Shown piece by piece: positions 1 to 14,330 of a DNA stretch of 64,000 bases. The translations under genes were made by a program, and so were the position numbers. The stretch comes from the human T2T-CHM13v2.0 reference genome, Homo sapiens. Every line of letters starts with the position of its first letter. Position 1 is the first letter of the stretch. The notes beneath the pieces are model-generated. The model was not told the origin of the DNA, searched no databases, and worked only from the letters and a program-made list of their open reading frames with translations. The stretch is taken from NCBI RefSeq assembly GCF_009914755.1, contig NC_060942.1; one strand, written 5' to 3'.

Positions 1-1650
1 GCTTCATGTAGCTCAAAGAGGCACTGAGGAGGGCCAGAGAGACTCTTGAATCACTGACACCACCCCTCCCCCATTTCCCAGCAGTGACCACCTGGCTCAG
101 AGGGAGAATTTCTGAGCCTGGGAGAGGGAGAGTACAGCAACTGTGAGACATTGCATTGAACTCAGTGGTGCCCTGTCATAGCAGAAAGCCAAACTGGCTG
201 AAACCTGCTCACAGAGGGAGTTTTTAAACCAGCCCTAGGCAGAGGGGAATTGCCCATAGCAGTGGTTGGAACTTGAGTTCTGGCAAGCCTCGCCACTGTG
301 GGCTAAAGAGCCCTGGGGCTCTAAATAAACTGGAAAGGCAGTGTAAACCACAAGGACTGCAACTCTTAGGCAAATCCTAATGCTGAACTGGGTTCAGAGC
401 CAGCAAACTGGGTGGCAGGGGAGGGATGTGACCTACTGAGACACCAGCTAGGGCAGCAAAGGGAGAGCTTATGCCACCCCTTCCCTAAACCCAGGTGCAC
501 AGCTCGAGGCTCCAAAAGATAACCTTTCCTTCTGCTTGAGGAAAGGAGAGGAAAGAATAAAGAAGACTTTGTTTTATATCTTGGATATAAAACCAGCTCA
601 GCCACAGTAGGATAGGGTGCCAGTGAGAGTCATTAGGCCCTATTTCCAGGCTCCAGCTTCTGGATGACAGTTGCTAGATACACGCCGGGCCAGAAGAGAA
701 CATACAACCTTGAAGGGAAGGATCCAGTCCTGGCAAGACCCATCACCTGCTGACTCAAGAGCCCTTGGCCCCTGAACAACCAGCAGTGGTACCTAGGTAC
801 TACATCGAGGGTCTTGGGTAAGGTTTTGAGACGTGCTGGCTTCAGGTGACATAAGCACATTTGCATCTATGGTGGCTACAGGGAGAGACTTCTGCTTGAG
901 AAAGGCAGAGGGAAAGGTAAAGGGGACTTTGTCTTGCACCTTAGGTGCCAGCTCTGCCACAGTGGGAGCACCAAGCAGGCTCTTGGAGTCTCTGATAACA
1001 GGCCTTGGTTCTTGAATGGCTTTTTTAGACCAGAAAGGCTTTCTGGCCAGAAGGGAGCCCATTGCCCTGAAAGCTGACTCCAAGGCCAGGCAGCATTCAC
1101 TACAAACTGAATAAAGAGCCCTTGGGCCTTAAGGGAACATCAGCGGCATCTTGGCAGTACTCCCCGTGGCCTGTGGTAGTGGTGGCCTCAGGGTGAGGCT
1201 CCTCTGCCTTTGGAAAGGGGAGGGAAGAGTGGAAAGTAGTGCATGGTTTGAGTGCCAGCTCAGCCATGGTACAATACACCAGGTAGACTTCTAAGGTTCT
1301 TGACTCCAATCTCTGGCTCCCAGATGGCACCTCTGGACTGGAAGATCTCACCACTCTCAAAAGAAGGACGCAAGCCTTGCTGGCTTTGCCACCTGCTGAT
1401 TGTAGAGCCCCAGGGCCTTGAGTGAACATAGGCAATAGCCAGGTGGTGATTACAGGGGAGGCTTGGGTGAGATCCGATGCTATGCTGGCTTCGGGTCTGA
1501 TCCAGCACAGTCCCAGTGGTAGTGGCCCCGGGGTGCCTGTGTCACCCCTCTCCTAGCTTGGTGGCTCAGAACATAGGAAGAAATTCCGTTTGTTTGGAGG
1601 AAAGTAAGAGAAGAGAACAAGAGTTTCTGCCTGATGATCCAGAACATTAT
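1..1650 (+). mobile_element. LINE-1 5' UTR region (L1MA/L1M-type); begins before the window and is cut at ~1650
   Basis: Colinear with the reverse complement of 7550-9870 (the 5' UTR of the adjacent L1), e.g. 1590-1645 'gtttggaggaaagtaagagaagagaacaagagtttctgcctgatgatccaga' vs 7562-7615. Contains internally repeated 'ccagctcagccacagtag'-like units. Confidence 0.8.
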
Positions 1651-3443
1651 TTTTTCTTCTGTTCTTTTAATTTATTTTTAATTTTTTTAGGTACATAGTA
1701 GTCATACATGTTTATGGGGTACCTGAGATGTTTTGATATATGTACACAATGTATAATAACCGCATCATGCAGAATGGAGTCTCTATGCCCTCAAGCATTT
1801 ATCTGTTGTGTTACAAGCAATCCAATTATACTCTTTTAGTTATTAAAAGTGTATAATTAAGTTATTTACCATAGTCACCCTGTTGTGCTATCAAATTGTA
1901 GGTCTTATTCATTCTTTCTATGTTTTTCTACCCATTAGCCATCCACACCTTCCCTTTCTAGATGCTGATATTCTCCTTCCTTCTAGTACTCTCCTGGCAC
2001 TCTCCATCCTTCTGTTCTCTTTGTCTTTGGTTGAATTGTTTTGATTTTTAGATCCCACAAATAAGTGAGACAATACGATGTTTGTGTTTCTGTGCATGAC
2101 TTATTTCACTTAATATAATGATCTCCAGTTCTATTCTTGTTGTTGTAAATGACTGGATCTCATTCTTTTTTAGGGCTGTATAGTGCTCCATTGCATATAT
2201 GTATCACAGTTTCTTTATCCGTTCACCTGTTGATAGACACTTAGGTTGCTTCCAAATCCTGGCTATTATGAACAGTGCTGCAACAAACATGGGAGTGCAA
2301 ATATCTCTTTCACGTACTGATTTCTTGGTGGGGGGCGTGGGGTATATACCCAGCAGTGGAATTGCTGGATCATATGGTAGCTCTATTTTTAGTTTTTTGA
2401 GGAATCTCCAAACTGTTCTCCATAGAGGTTGCACTAATTTACATTCCTACCAACAGTGTACAAGGGTTCTCTTTTCTCCACATTCTTGCTAATATTTGTT
2501 ATTGCCTGTCTTTTTTATACAAGCCGTATTAACTGGGGTGAGATGATATCTCACTGTAGTTTTGATTTGCATTTATCTGATGATCAGTGATGTTGAGCAC
2601 CCTTTCATGTGCCTTATTTGCCATTTGTATGTCTTCTTTTGAGAAATGTCTATTAAAATATTTTGCCCAGTTTTTGGTCGGGTTATTAGATTTTTTTCCT
2701 ATAAAGTTGTTTGAATTCTTTCTGTATTCTGGTTATATTATCTTTTGTCAAATGAGTCATTTGCAAATATTTTCTCTCATACTGTGGGTTGTTTCTTTGT
2801 TTTGTTGATTGTTTCCTTTGCTGTGCAGAAGCTTTTGACCTTGATGTAATCTCATTTTTTTCATTTTTGCTTTGGTTGCCTGTGCTTGTAGGGTATTGCT
2901 CAAGAAGTTTTGCCCACACCAACGTCCTGGAGATTTTCCCCAATGTTTTCTTGTGGTAGTTTCATAGTCTGAGTTTTAGACTTAAGTCTTTAATCCATTT
3001 TGTATATGGTGAGAGATAGCAGTCTGGTTTCATTCTTTTGGATATGGATATCTAGTTTTCCCAGCACCATTTTTTGGGGAGACTGTCCATTCCCCAGTGT
3101 ACATTCTTGGCTCCTTTGTCAAAAATAAGTTCACTGTAGATGTATGGATTTGTTTCTGGGGCGTGTATTCTGTTCCATTGTTCTATGTGTCTGTTTTTAT
3201 GCCAGTTCCATGCTCTTTTGGTTACTATAGCTCTGTAATATAATTTGAGGTCAGGTAATGTGATTCCTCCAGTTTTGTTATTTTTGCTCAGATTAGCTTT
3301 GGCTATTCTGGTTCTTTTGTGGTTCCACATAAGGTTTAGGATTTTTTTTTCTACTTATGTGAAGAATGTCTTTAGCATGTTGACAGAGATTACAATGATC
3401 CTGTAGATTCCTTTGGGTAGTATGGACATTTTAACAATATTGA

Positions 3444-3791
<348 letters not shown>

Positions 3792-6700
3792 TAGGTTGGT
3801 CACTCTTGGCATATAGAAATGCTACTAATTTTGTATTCAAATGTTGTTGATTTTGTATCTTGCAACTTTACTGAATTTGTTTGAGTTCTAATAGTTTTTG
3901 ATGAAGTCTTTAGGTTTCTCTAAGTGAAAGATTATATAATCTGCAAAGGAGAATAATTTGACTTCTTCCATTTCAATCTGACTGCACTTTATTTCTTTCT
4001 TTTGTCTGATTGCTCTAGCTAGGACTTCCAGTACTATGGTGAATAATGGTGGTGAAAGTGGGCATTCTTACTGTGTTCCAGAATGTAGAGAAAAGTCTTT
4101 TAGTTTCCTCCCATTCAGTATAATACTAGCTGTGGGTCTGTCATATATGGCTTTCATTATGTTCCTTACATATCCAGTTTTTAAAAGGTTTTTATTATCA
4201 TGAATGGCTGTTGAATTTCATCAAATGCTTTTCATTGATCAGCATTTGACAAATATACTGTTGAATTTGGTTTGCTAGTATTTTGTTGAGGATTTTTGCA
4301 TCAGTATTCATCAGAGATATTGGTCAGTAGTTTCCTTTTTTGATGTGCCTTTGTCTGGTTTTGGTATCAGGATAATACTGGCCTGATAGAAGAAGTTTGA
4401 AAACATTCCCTCCTTCTCTATTTTTCAGAATAGTTTGAGTAGGATTGGTATTAGTTCTTCTTTAAATGTTTGGTAGAATTCAGCAATGAAGCCATCAGGT
4501 CCTGGACTTTTCTTTACTAGAAGACTTTTTATTATGGGTTTGATCTCGTTTCTAGTTGTTGGTCAGTTTAGGTTTTGGATTTCTTCATGGTCCAATCTTG
4601 GTAAGTTGTACCTGTCTAGGGATTTGTCCATTTCTTCTAGATTTTTCAATTTATTGTCATACAGTTGTTCATAGTAGCTACTGATGATTCTTGGAATTTT
4701 TGCAGTATCAGTTGTAATATCTCTTTTTCGTTTCTGATTTTATTTAATTGTATCTTCCTTTTTTTCTTAGTCTGGCTAAAGATTTGTCAATTTTGCTTAA
4801 CTTTTCAAAAAAGCAACTTTTTTGTTTCATTGATCTTTTGTATTTTTTAATTTCAATTTCATTTACTTCTGCTCTGATATTTCTTATTTCTTTTTTCTAC
4901 TAATTTTGGGTTTCGTTTGCTCTTGCTTTTCTAGTTCATTAAGATTCGTCATTAGATTGTTTATTTGAAGTTTTTCTGCTTTTTAAATGTAGGCACTTAC
5001 AGCTATTAGTACTGCTTCTGCTGTACCCCATAGGTTTTTGTGGGTTGTGTTTCCATTATCATTTGTTTCAAGACATTTTTCAATTTTCTTCTTAATTTCT
5101 TCACTGACCCCCTGGTCATTCAGGAACGTATTATCTAATTTCTATATATTTATTTAGTTTCCAAAATTCCTCATGGTGTTAATTTCCAGTTTTATTCCAT
5201 TGTTGTCAGAGAAGATACTTCATATTATCTGAATGTTTTTAAATGTTTTAAGACTTGTATTGTGACCTAACATATGGCCTATCCTTGAGAATGATACATG
5301 TGCTCAGGAATAGAATGTGTATTCTGCAGCCGTTGGATGAAATGTTCTGTAAATATCTATTAGATCCATTTGATCTGTAGTACAGATTAAGTCTGATGTT
5401 GCTTTGTTGATTTTCTGTCTGGAAGATCTGTCCAGTGCTGAAAGTGGGGTGTTGAACTATCCATCTGTTATTGTACTGGGTGATCCCTCTCTTTAGTTCT
5501 AATAATATTTGCTTTATATATCTGGGTGCTCCAGTGTTGGGTGCATATTTTTTATAATTGTTATATTCATTCGTGGAATTGACCCCTCTATTATTATATA
5601 GTGACTTTCTTTGTCTCTTCTTATAGGTTTTGTCTTGAAATCCATTTTGTCTGAAATAAGTATAGCTACTCTTGCTCTTTTTTGGTTTCCACTGGCATGG
5701 AATATCTTTTTCCATCCCTTTATGTTCAGTCTAAGTGTGTCTTTATAAGTGAAGTGTGTTTTTTATGTAGGCAACAGATATCTGAGTCTTGTTTTTTTTT
5801 TTTTATCCATTCAGCCACTCTGTGTCTTTTGATTGGTGAGTTTAGTCCATTTACATTCAATGTTATTTTTGATAAGCAAGGACTTACTCCTATTATTTCA
5901 TTATTTGTTTTCTGGTTGTTTTGTGGTCTTCCCTTCCTTTGTTCTTTCTTTCCTGTCTTCCTTTAGTGAAGGTGATTTTTTTCTGGGGATACAGTAATAT
6001 AATTTAGTTCGCTTTTTATTTTTGTGTATCTGTTGTATGATCTTTGGTTTGAAGTTACCATGAGGCTTGCAAATACTATCTTATAACCCATTATTTTAAC
6101 CTGAATAACTACTTAACATTGTTTGTATAAATGAACAAACAAACATGTAAAAAGAAAACTAATAAAAACTGTACCTTAACTTCATACCCTCACTTTTTAA
6201 CTTTTTGTCTCTATTTTTATCTTATTTTGCTATGCCTGTAAAAGTCCATGTCGTGATTATTTTTGATTGGTTCATCATTTAGTCTTTTTCCTTTGGATAA
6301 GAGTAGTTAACATACCACAGTTCTGTGTTATAATATTCTGTGTTTTCTGTGTACTTACTATTACCAGTGAGTTTTGTACCTTCACTGTACTTACTGCTCA
6401 TCAATGTCCTTTTCTGTCTGATTGAAGTATTTCCTTTAGCATTTCTTGTAGGACAGGTCTAGTGTTGATGAAATCCCTCAGCTTTTGTTTGTCTGGAAAA
6501 GCCTTTATCCTTCATGTTTGAAGGATATTTTCACTGGGTATACTCTTCTAGAGTTAAAAATCAAATTTCAGCACTTTGAATATGTCATGCCACTCTGTTC
6601 TGGCCTGTAAGTTTTCCACTGAAAAACCTGCTGCCAGAAGTATTGGAGCTCCATTGTATATCATTTGTTTATTTTCTCTTGCTGCTTTTAGGATCTCCTT

Positions 6701-9066
6701 TTTTATCCTTGATCTTTGGAAGTTTATTACATGTTTTAAGGTAGTCTTCTTGGGTTAAATCTGCTTAGTGTCCTATAACCTTCTTGTACTTGGGTATTGA
6801 TATCTTTCTGTAGGTTTGGGAAATTCTCTGTTATCCCTTTGAATAAATTTTCTACCCCTATCTCTTTCTCAACCTCCTCACTAAGGCCAATAACTCTTAG
6901 ATCTGCCCTTTTGAGGCTGTTTTCTAGATCCTGTAGTGTGCTTCATTTTTTAAATTCTTTTTTCTTTTGTTTCTTCTGACTGTATTTTCAAATAGCCTGT
7001 TTTCAAGCTCACTAATTCTTTCTTCTGCTTGATCCATTCTGATATTAACAGACTGTGATGTATTCTTCAGTATGCCAATTTCATTATTCAATTTCAGCAG
7101 TTCTGCTTAATTTTTAATAATTATTTAAATCTCTTTGTTACATTAATTTGATAGAGTTCTGAATTCCTTCTCTGTGTTATCTTGAATTTCTTTGAGTTTC
7201 CTCAAAACAACTATTTTGAATTCTCTATCTGAAAGGTCACATAACTCTGATTCTCCAGCACTGGACCCTAGTGCCTTATTTAGTTTGTTTGGTAAGGTCA
7301 TGTTTTCTTGGATGGTATTGGTGTTAGCAGATGTTTTTTGGTGTCTGGATATTGAAGAGTTAGGTATTTATTGTCATCTTCACTATCTGGGCTTGGTTGT
7401 ACCTGTCCTTCTTGGGAAGGCTTTCCAGATGTTTGAAAGAACTTGGGTATTGTGATCTAAGTTGTATCTGCTTTAGGGGGCACCCAAAGCCCAGGATGCT
7501 GTGACTCTTGCAGACTCATAGAGGTCCCACTTGATGATCTTGGATAAGATCCAGGAGAATTCTCTGGATTAACAGGCAGAGACTCTTGTTCTCTTTCCTT
7601 ATTTTCTCCCAAACAGAGTATATCTGTGTGTTCTGAGCCACCTAAAGCTGGGGGTGGAGTGACACAAACCCTCTGTGACCACCACCACTGTGATTGCACT
7701 AGGTGAGGCCTGAAGCCAGTGCAGCTCTGGGTCTTACTCAAGTCCTGCTGTAACCACTCCCTGGCTATTGCCTATGTTCATTCAAGGTTCTGAGGCTCTG
7801 TTATCAGCAGATGGCTAAGCCAGCCAGGCCTGTATCCTTCCATGCAGGTGGCAAGTTCCTCCTGGTCCCGGTTGGGTTTAGAGGTGCTATCTGGGAGCCA
7901 GGAACTAGAATAAAAAACCTTAAAAGTCTTCCTGGTGTTCTATTCTGCTGCAGCTGAGCTGGCATTCATACCACAAGACACAATTCTTCCTACTTTTCTC
8001 TCCTTTCCAAAGACAGAGGAGCCTCACCCCAAAGCCACCACCACCACAGGCCACGGAGAGTACTGCCAGGCTACCACCAATGTTCCCTGAAGGCCCAAGG
8101 ACTCTTCAGTCAGCTTGTGATGAATGCTGCCTGGCCTGGGACTCACCCTTCAGAGCAGTGGGCTCCTCTCTGGCCCAGGGCAGGTCCAGAAATGCCATCC
8201 AAGAGTCAAGTCCTGGAATTGGGGGCCCCTAGTGCCTGCTTGGTTCTCTACACACCTGTGGCTGAGCTGGTACCTAAGGTCCACAGCTTGGGAAAGACAA
8301 AGTCCTCTTTACTTTTCTTTCTGCTTTCATCAAGCAGAAGGAGTTTCTCCCTGTAGCCACCACAGCTGGTAATATGCTGAGTCTTACCTGAAGCCAGCAA
8401 TTCTTTGGGGCTGACCCAAGACCCTCAACACAGTATCTGGGTATCACTGCTGGTTATTCACTGTCTAAGCATCTTCAGTTAGCAGGTGATGGATGTTGCC
8501 AGGACTGGATCCTTCCCTTCAAGGCGGCAGGTTCCTTTCTGTCCCAGGGTGTGTCTAGAAATGTCTGGGAGCTAGGGCCGGAAATGGGGGCCTCACAACT
8601 CTGACTGGTACCTTATCCTGCTGAGGCTGAGCTGATATCCAAGATGCAAGACAATGTCCTTACCAGTCTTCTCTCTCCTCTAATCAGTCAGATGGAAAGC
8701 ATCTCTTTTGGAGCTGTGAGCTGTGAGCTGTGCAGCCTGGGGCTATGAAAGGGGTGATGCCAGCACTCCCGTAGCCACCCTAGTTGGTGTTTCAGTAGGT
8801 CACATGTCCCCCCAGTCCACTGTCTCTGGGCACAGTTTAGCACTAGGATTCACCTATGAGTTAGAGTCCTTATGGCTGAGACTGCCTTTCAAGTTAACTA
8901 AGAAACCTCAAGCAATTTAGTCCTGGGTGGTGAGGTTTGTGAGAACTCAAGTTCTGAATGCTGGGATAGGCGATTCTCCTCTGGCTAAGGCTGTTTTAAA
9001 CATTCTCTCTGTGGGCAGGCATCAGCTGAGTTTGGTCCTGTTTTCCTTTCTGTAGGAACAGAATAG

Positions 9067-9696
9067 TGAAGTGGTATCATTCATCTGGGGTAATACCCAA
9101 GGTTCATTGTCCCACGCCAAAGAAATCAAGGATGCAGACACACAAGGAGTGAGGTTAAGAGCCAAGGTTTAATAGGTGAAAGAAAGAGAAAAGCTCTTTT
9201 CTGCAGAGAGAGGGGTCCCGAGCAGGTCTTCTGGTCTGCGGTGAAGTGGAGGAGGTTTTGTAGATGAGCCTGAGGAGGCAGTGTCTGATTTACACAGGAC
9301 ACAAAAGATTGGTTGGATTAGGTGTGCCATTTGCATAGCATACAAAGAGGCTGGCCACCCCACCCAAATATTTTATTAGGCAGACTGGTTCTATACCTTG
9401 CTGGCACCATGTTGCCTGCTTTTTTACATGTGGTGACAAAGAAAAGGGAAGATAGAGCCTCCATGTTGAACATGCCTGGCCCTCAGGTAGCCCTTTGCTA
9501 TTGGCACAGCTGCAGACAGTCACCCATGCAAGCTTCCAGCTTTTTTATATATGTCCACAGCTCAATTTTTCAGGATGCTCTTTGTTAGAAAAGAAATGAT
9601 TTGGGGGCTGCTTTTTGTTAAAAGGAAAAATTCTGCCGAGGACTCTGTTGCCCTTACTATCTGCCTCTAAATAATTTCTTTCTATCTCCTGTATCA
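9067..9696 (-). mobile_element. Solo ERV1 LTR, MER4-group (MER50/MER51/MER61-like; subfamily uncertain), inserted in the L1 5'UTR
   Basis: TG...CA termini (tgaagt...gtatca), 630 bp, ATTAAA signal on - at ~9169-9174, degenerate 4-bp TSD (atag/acat); the L1 5'UTR resumes on the other side. Confidence 0.85.
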
Positions 9697-10004
9697 ACAT
9701 CACTGAGTTCAGTGCCTCACAATTGCTGTGCACTCCCTCCCTCTGCACCGTCCCCACCCCCAGCAGTGGCAGCTTGGTACCGAGAGCATCTCTGGGTGCA
9801 TCGGCAAGTCAGGACTGCTTTCTCTATCTTTTCAGTGCCTTTTTCAGCAACATGGAGTTAAAACTGGGTATTATGAGAGCTCACCTGATTTTTGGTTCTT
9901 ATGCAGGTGTTTTTTTCTGTGTAGATTGCTGTTAAATTGGTGTCTGTGCAGGGGGTATGATCAGTGGAGCCTTCTATTCTACCATCTTGCTCTGCCTCCA
10001 ATCC

Positions 10005-10041
<37 letters not shown>

Positions 10042-11234
10042 CTTTAAGTTCTAGGGTACATGTGCACAACGTGCAGGTTTGATACATAGGTATACATGTG
10101 CCATGTTGGTATGCTGCACCCATCAACTCATCATTTACATTAGGTATATCTCCTAATGCTATCCCTCCCCCAGCCCCCCACCCCTCAACAGGCCCCGGTG
10201 TGTGATTTTCTCCACCCCATGTCCAAGTGATCTCATTGTTCAATTCCCACCTATGAGTGAGAACATGCAGTATTTGGTTTTCTGTCCTTGTGATAGTTTG
10301 CTGAGAATGATGGTTTCCAGCTTCATCCATGTCCCTGCAAAGGACATGAACTCATCCTTTTTTTTTTATGACTGCCTAGTATTCCATGGTGTATATGTGC
10401 CACATTTTCTTTATCCAGTCTATCATTGATGGACATTTGGGTTGGTTCCAAGTCTTTGCTATTGTGAATAGTGTCACAATAAACTTACATGTGCGTGTGT
10501 CATTATAGCAGCATGATTTATAATCATTTGGGTATACACTCAGTAATGGGATTGCTGGGTAAAATGGTAATTCTAGTTCTAGATCCTTGAGGAATCACCA
10601 CATTGTCTTCCACAGTGGTTGAACCAATTTACACTCCCATCAACAGTGTAAAAGTGTTCCTATTTCTCCACATCCTCTCCAGCATCTGTTGTTTCCTGAC
10701 TTTAATGATTGCCATTCTAACTTGCGTGAGATGGTATCTCATTGTGGTTTTGATTTGCATTTCTCTGATGATCAGTGATGATGAGCATATTTTCATGTGT
10801 CTGTTGGCTGCATACATGTCTTCTTTTGAGAAGTGTCTGCTCATATCCTTTGCCCACTTTTTGATGGGGTTGTTTATTTTTTTCTTGTAAATTTGTTTGA
10901 GTTTTTTGTAGATTCTGGATATTAGCCTTTTGTCAGATGGGTAGATTGCAAAAATTTTCTTCCATTCTGTAGGTTGCCTGTTCACTCTGATGGTAGTTTC
11001 TTTTGCTGTGCAGAAGCTCTTTAATTTAATTAGATCCCATTTGTCTATTTTGGCTTTTGTTGCCATTGCTTTTGGTGTTTTGGTCATGAAGTTTTTGCCC
11101 ATGCCTATGTGCTGAATGGTAATGCCTAGATTTTCTTCTAGAGTTTTTATGGCTTTAGGTCTAACATTTAAGTCTTTAATCCATCTTGAATTAATTTTTG
11201 TATAAGGTGTAAGGAAGGGATCCAGTTTCAGCTT
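10005..11234 (-). mobile_element. 5'-truncated L1PA (about L1PA5-7): ORF2 C-terminus plus 3'UTR with (TAA)n tail
   Basis: 'tattatactttaagttctagggtacatgtgcacaacgtgcagg' 3' end; ORF 10629-11237 [21 protein letters not shown]...[16 protein letters not shown]. Confidence 0.95.
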
Positions 11235-12070
11235 CATACTAGCTTCAAATAATTATCAAATCACAGATAAATCATGGAGAGTTAGTTTATTTCAACAAAT
11301 AAGCTCTTGCCTTAAGCAAAGGTAATACCAGTAACTATATCAGGAACAGGACGTGTCCTGTTTGTCAAATTTATAAATGTTACTTTTGTACGTTTCTCAA
11401 CACTGGCCAGCAAGCAATTTAGTTCACATTTGCTTTGATTTATTTCCTCAGGGAAAACATGCTGCTTCTTCAAAGACTCCAATTTCAGATGGCAAAATGC
11501 ATGGAAGCTAAGATGGACCTTCTGGAGTTTTCGATAAACCACTGTAGCTCAGTCAGAGGTCCAATTATGATGATACCCACACAGCCCGGTCCTCCCACAG
11601 CCTACATCCAATCCTCTGAGGAAGCTGAGTGGCACTGCCTTTATTCACCACAGATGCTACAGAATCAGCAGGTGAGAGACAATAGCACCCCCAGCTACGT
11701 AACCTGCTTCAAATACTACAACCATCTGTTCTATCTTTGGACATTTTATTTCTGGGCTTGAAAAGCAACAAATGCATTCCATACTTCAATGGTATATCTA
11801 AAGCAATTGACTTTTCTTGTGGTGTATAGTTACCTGTTTCATTCATGAGGGACCATCTCTCTTTGTTTATACCTTTTGGAAGCAGGATTCCTCAGAACAT
11901 TAGCATGCCCTGGCTTGGTTTGAAATTCTACATCAGCAGCTTTCATTGGAGCCAGGGCAAAGTCAGTAAAATAAAATTCTTCTACACTGAGAGAGGGAGT
12001 AAAGTAAAGTTATGTGCATCAGAGATAGACATTCTCTCTGAACATGCTGCCCTAAAAGACTTCAAGGGCT

Positions 12071-12371
12071 TATTTTATTTTATTTTATTTTTGAGACGGA
12101 GTCTTGCTCTGTTGCCCAGGCTAGAGTGCAGTGGCATGATCTCGGCTCACTGCAACCTCTGCTTCCTGGGTTCAAGTGATTCTCCTGCCTCAGCCTGCTG
12201 AGTAGCTGAGATTACAGGCACCAGCCACCACACCTGGCTAATTTTTGTATTTTTAGTAGAGATGGGGTTTCACCATGTTGGCCAGGGTGGTCTAGAACTC
12301 CTGACCTCAAGTGATCCACCTGCCTCGGCCTCCCAAACTGTTGTGATTACAAGCGTGAGCCACCACGCCTG
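12071..12371 (-). mobile_element. AluS (AluSx-like), full length
   Basis: Dimeric Alu with (TTTTA)n tail; TSD 'ttcaagggctt'. Confidence 0.95.
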
Positions 12372-12806
12372 ATTTCAAGGGCTTTTAAAAGCTAAACTTA
12401 CCATGTCTCTGCATAGCATGGCCAGTAAAAGTGGGAGCTTATCCATTAGCCACATCAGGAACACTATCTTCTTAACTGTAGTGAAAATTTATTAAAAATG
12501 ACCTTGTACATTGAACAACTCACCCGCACATCACATTTTGCTAAATCCAGGTATGCAACAGCGGGGTTGTCATGGCATAATTTAAAAGCTACTACAGTAA
12601 TTAAAACTTAAGGAAGCCATAATGACAACTATATTCTTCTGGAATGTCATGGACTAGATTGAGGGAACAGGGGAGTGGCCCAAGAGCCCTGCAACTGAGG
12701 TTGGGTGGGCCTCAGGACTCATCTCCACCAGCTGCCGGCATGTTGAGGCACCACAGATGGAGCATCTTCTCCCTAAGATAGCCAACATCCCGTTGCCCCT
12801 ATTTTC

Positions 12807-13204
12807 TCTATTAGTCAGTTCTTACACTACTATGATGAACTACCTGAGACTGGGTAATTTATGAACAAAGGAGTTTTAATTGACTCACAGTTCTGCAGGC
12901 TTAAAAGGAAGAATGACTGAGAGTCCTCAGGAAACTTAGAATCATGGCGGAAGGTGAAGGGGAAGCAAGAAGCAAGCACCTTCTTCACATGTTGGCAGGA
13001 GAGAGAGAGTGAGAGAGAGAAGAAAGAGGTGCCACACGCTTTTAAATGATCAGATCTCATGAGATCTCACTCAGTATCATAAGAACAGTGAGGGAAGAAT
13101 CTGTCCCCATGAGCCAATCATCTTTTATCAGGCCCCTCCCCTGACACAGGAGGATTACAATTTGACATGAGATTTGGGTGGGGACACAGAGCCAAACCAT
13201 ATCA
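12807..13204 (-). mobile_element. MSTA-like MaLR solo LTR
   Basis: 'tattagtc...actgggtaatttat...gactcacagttctgcaggct...gagatttgggtggggacacagagccaaaccatatca'. Confidence 0.9.
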
Positions 13205-14121
13205 GCCCCTCTACGGACTGTGGCCCACAGCTAATTTTATTTTACTTGTGGTAGCACTATCACCTTGGGAAAGTAATTTGGGTTGGTTTGTGGTGAGAAA
13301 AGGAAATGGGGCTTATATAACTAAAATTTATTCCTCTCTGATCTAATGACTTCCTCCTCTCCAACCTAACCCTGAGCTCCAGCTAGAAGCCTTTTTTCTG
13401 CAGCCCTGGAGTAACCAAGTCCTATTTTCAACCTCATAGACTATCCCATTGTATAGTCCTCCCCACATTCGTCCTCCTCAGTCTACCTCATTGATGTCCA
13501 GATGTGCAGGTCCTCTCAGCTCCATCCTATCTCCATCACTCATTTGTCTCTCCTTGCATTCTACTTTTCTGTCTCCTGTAACCACCTCCTGTGTATGTGC
13601 CCAATCCTTGCAACCCAACTGCAAGCTGCTGGAGAGCAGAAGCCATTTCCTGTGTCTGTTCTCCAGAAGTATTTGGTAAATTAATACATGAAGGTAAGAT
13701 GCCAGGAAACTATCTACTTTTTTTTAAACCTTGCTTAAGATAGTACTTAAAGAAGAGTTCACCTTTTTAGAGTAACTGGATATTTTGACTGCTCACTTTG
13801 CTACTTGAGTCTGGACCAGTCATAATCCTGACTGGGAAGAATTATGAGACTTGTCCGGTATGCAATATGTATGTGAATCAATAATAAGTCACATTGGTGA
13901 TGTTCTTATCCTCACTTTATATACCAGTTTGAGTAACTTGGTTCTTATTCCCACTGCTGTGTTTAAGTTCCTCTTCTGTGTCGATACCTGTTCTACTCAA
14001 CCCAGCTCATTCCTAGGACTAATTCCTATAGTATGTCCCTGCTAAATATATCCAGACCTTTGTGACACTGTCTGCCCAGCTGTATCTCTTCTAATTGACT
14101 TGTTTTTCTGTTACACCAGAT

Positions 14122-14330
14122 TGTTTATCAGTAATATTCTGATGCATAGCAAATCCTCCCACAGTCAGAGGCATGAAACAACAATGTGTTATCACTCGTG
14201 ATTCTGTGGGTTGGCTAGGATCAGCTGGCTGGTTCTTCTGCTGACCTCACCTGGTTCACCTATGCATCTCCAATTATCTGTCTGTTTGACTGGGACTAAA
14301 GGGTCTAAACTAATCTCCTTTACATGTCTT
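14122..14330 (-). mobile_element. Old MLT1 MaLR LTR fragment
   Basis: 'aaacaacaatgtgttatcactcgtgattctgtgggttggctaggatcagctggctggttcttctg' resembles MLT1F/H. Confidence 0.6.

Noticed and set aside
560-1290. Recurring 'ccagctcagccacagtag'-like units suggesting an array
   Set aside because: Internal repeats of the L1 5' UTR, mirrored in the paralog at ~7900-8700; irregular spacing.
9455-9485. p53 response element in the ERV1 LTR (GAACATGCCT)
   Set aside because: Only one perfect half-site; the neighbouring CATG core is 9 bp away rather than 10 and has poor flanks.
10629-11237. 202-aa ORF, the longest in the track
   Set aside because: Fragment of L1 ORF2 in a 5'-truncated L1PA, frameshifted near its end; not a gene.
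11312-12060. ORFs of 76-118 aa in unique sequence
   Set aside because: No recognisable protein similarity; one runs into an Alu; lengths are compatible with chance.
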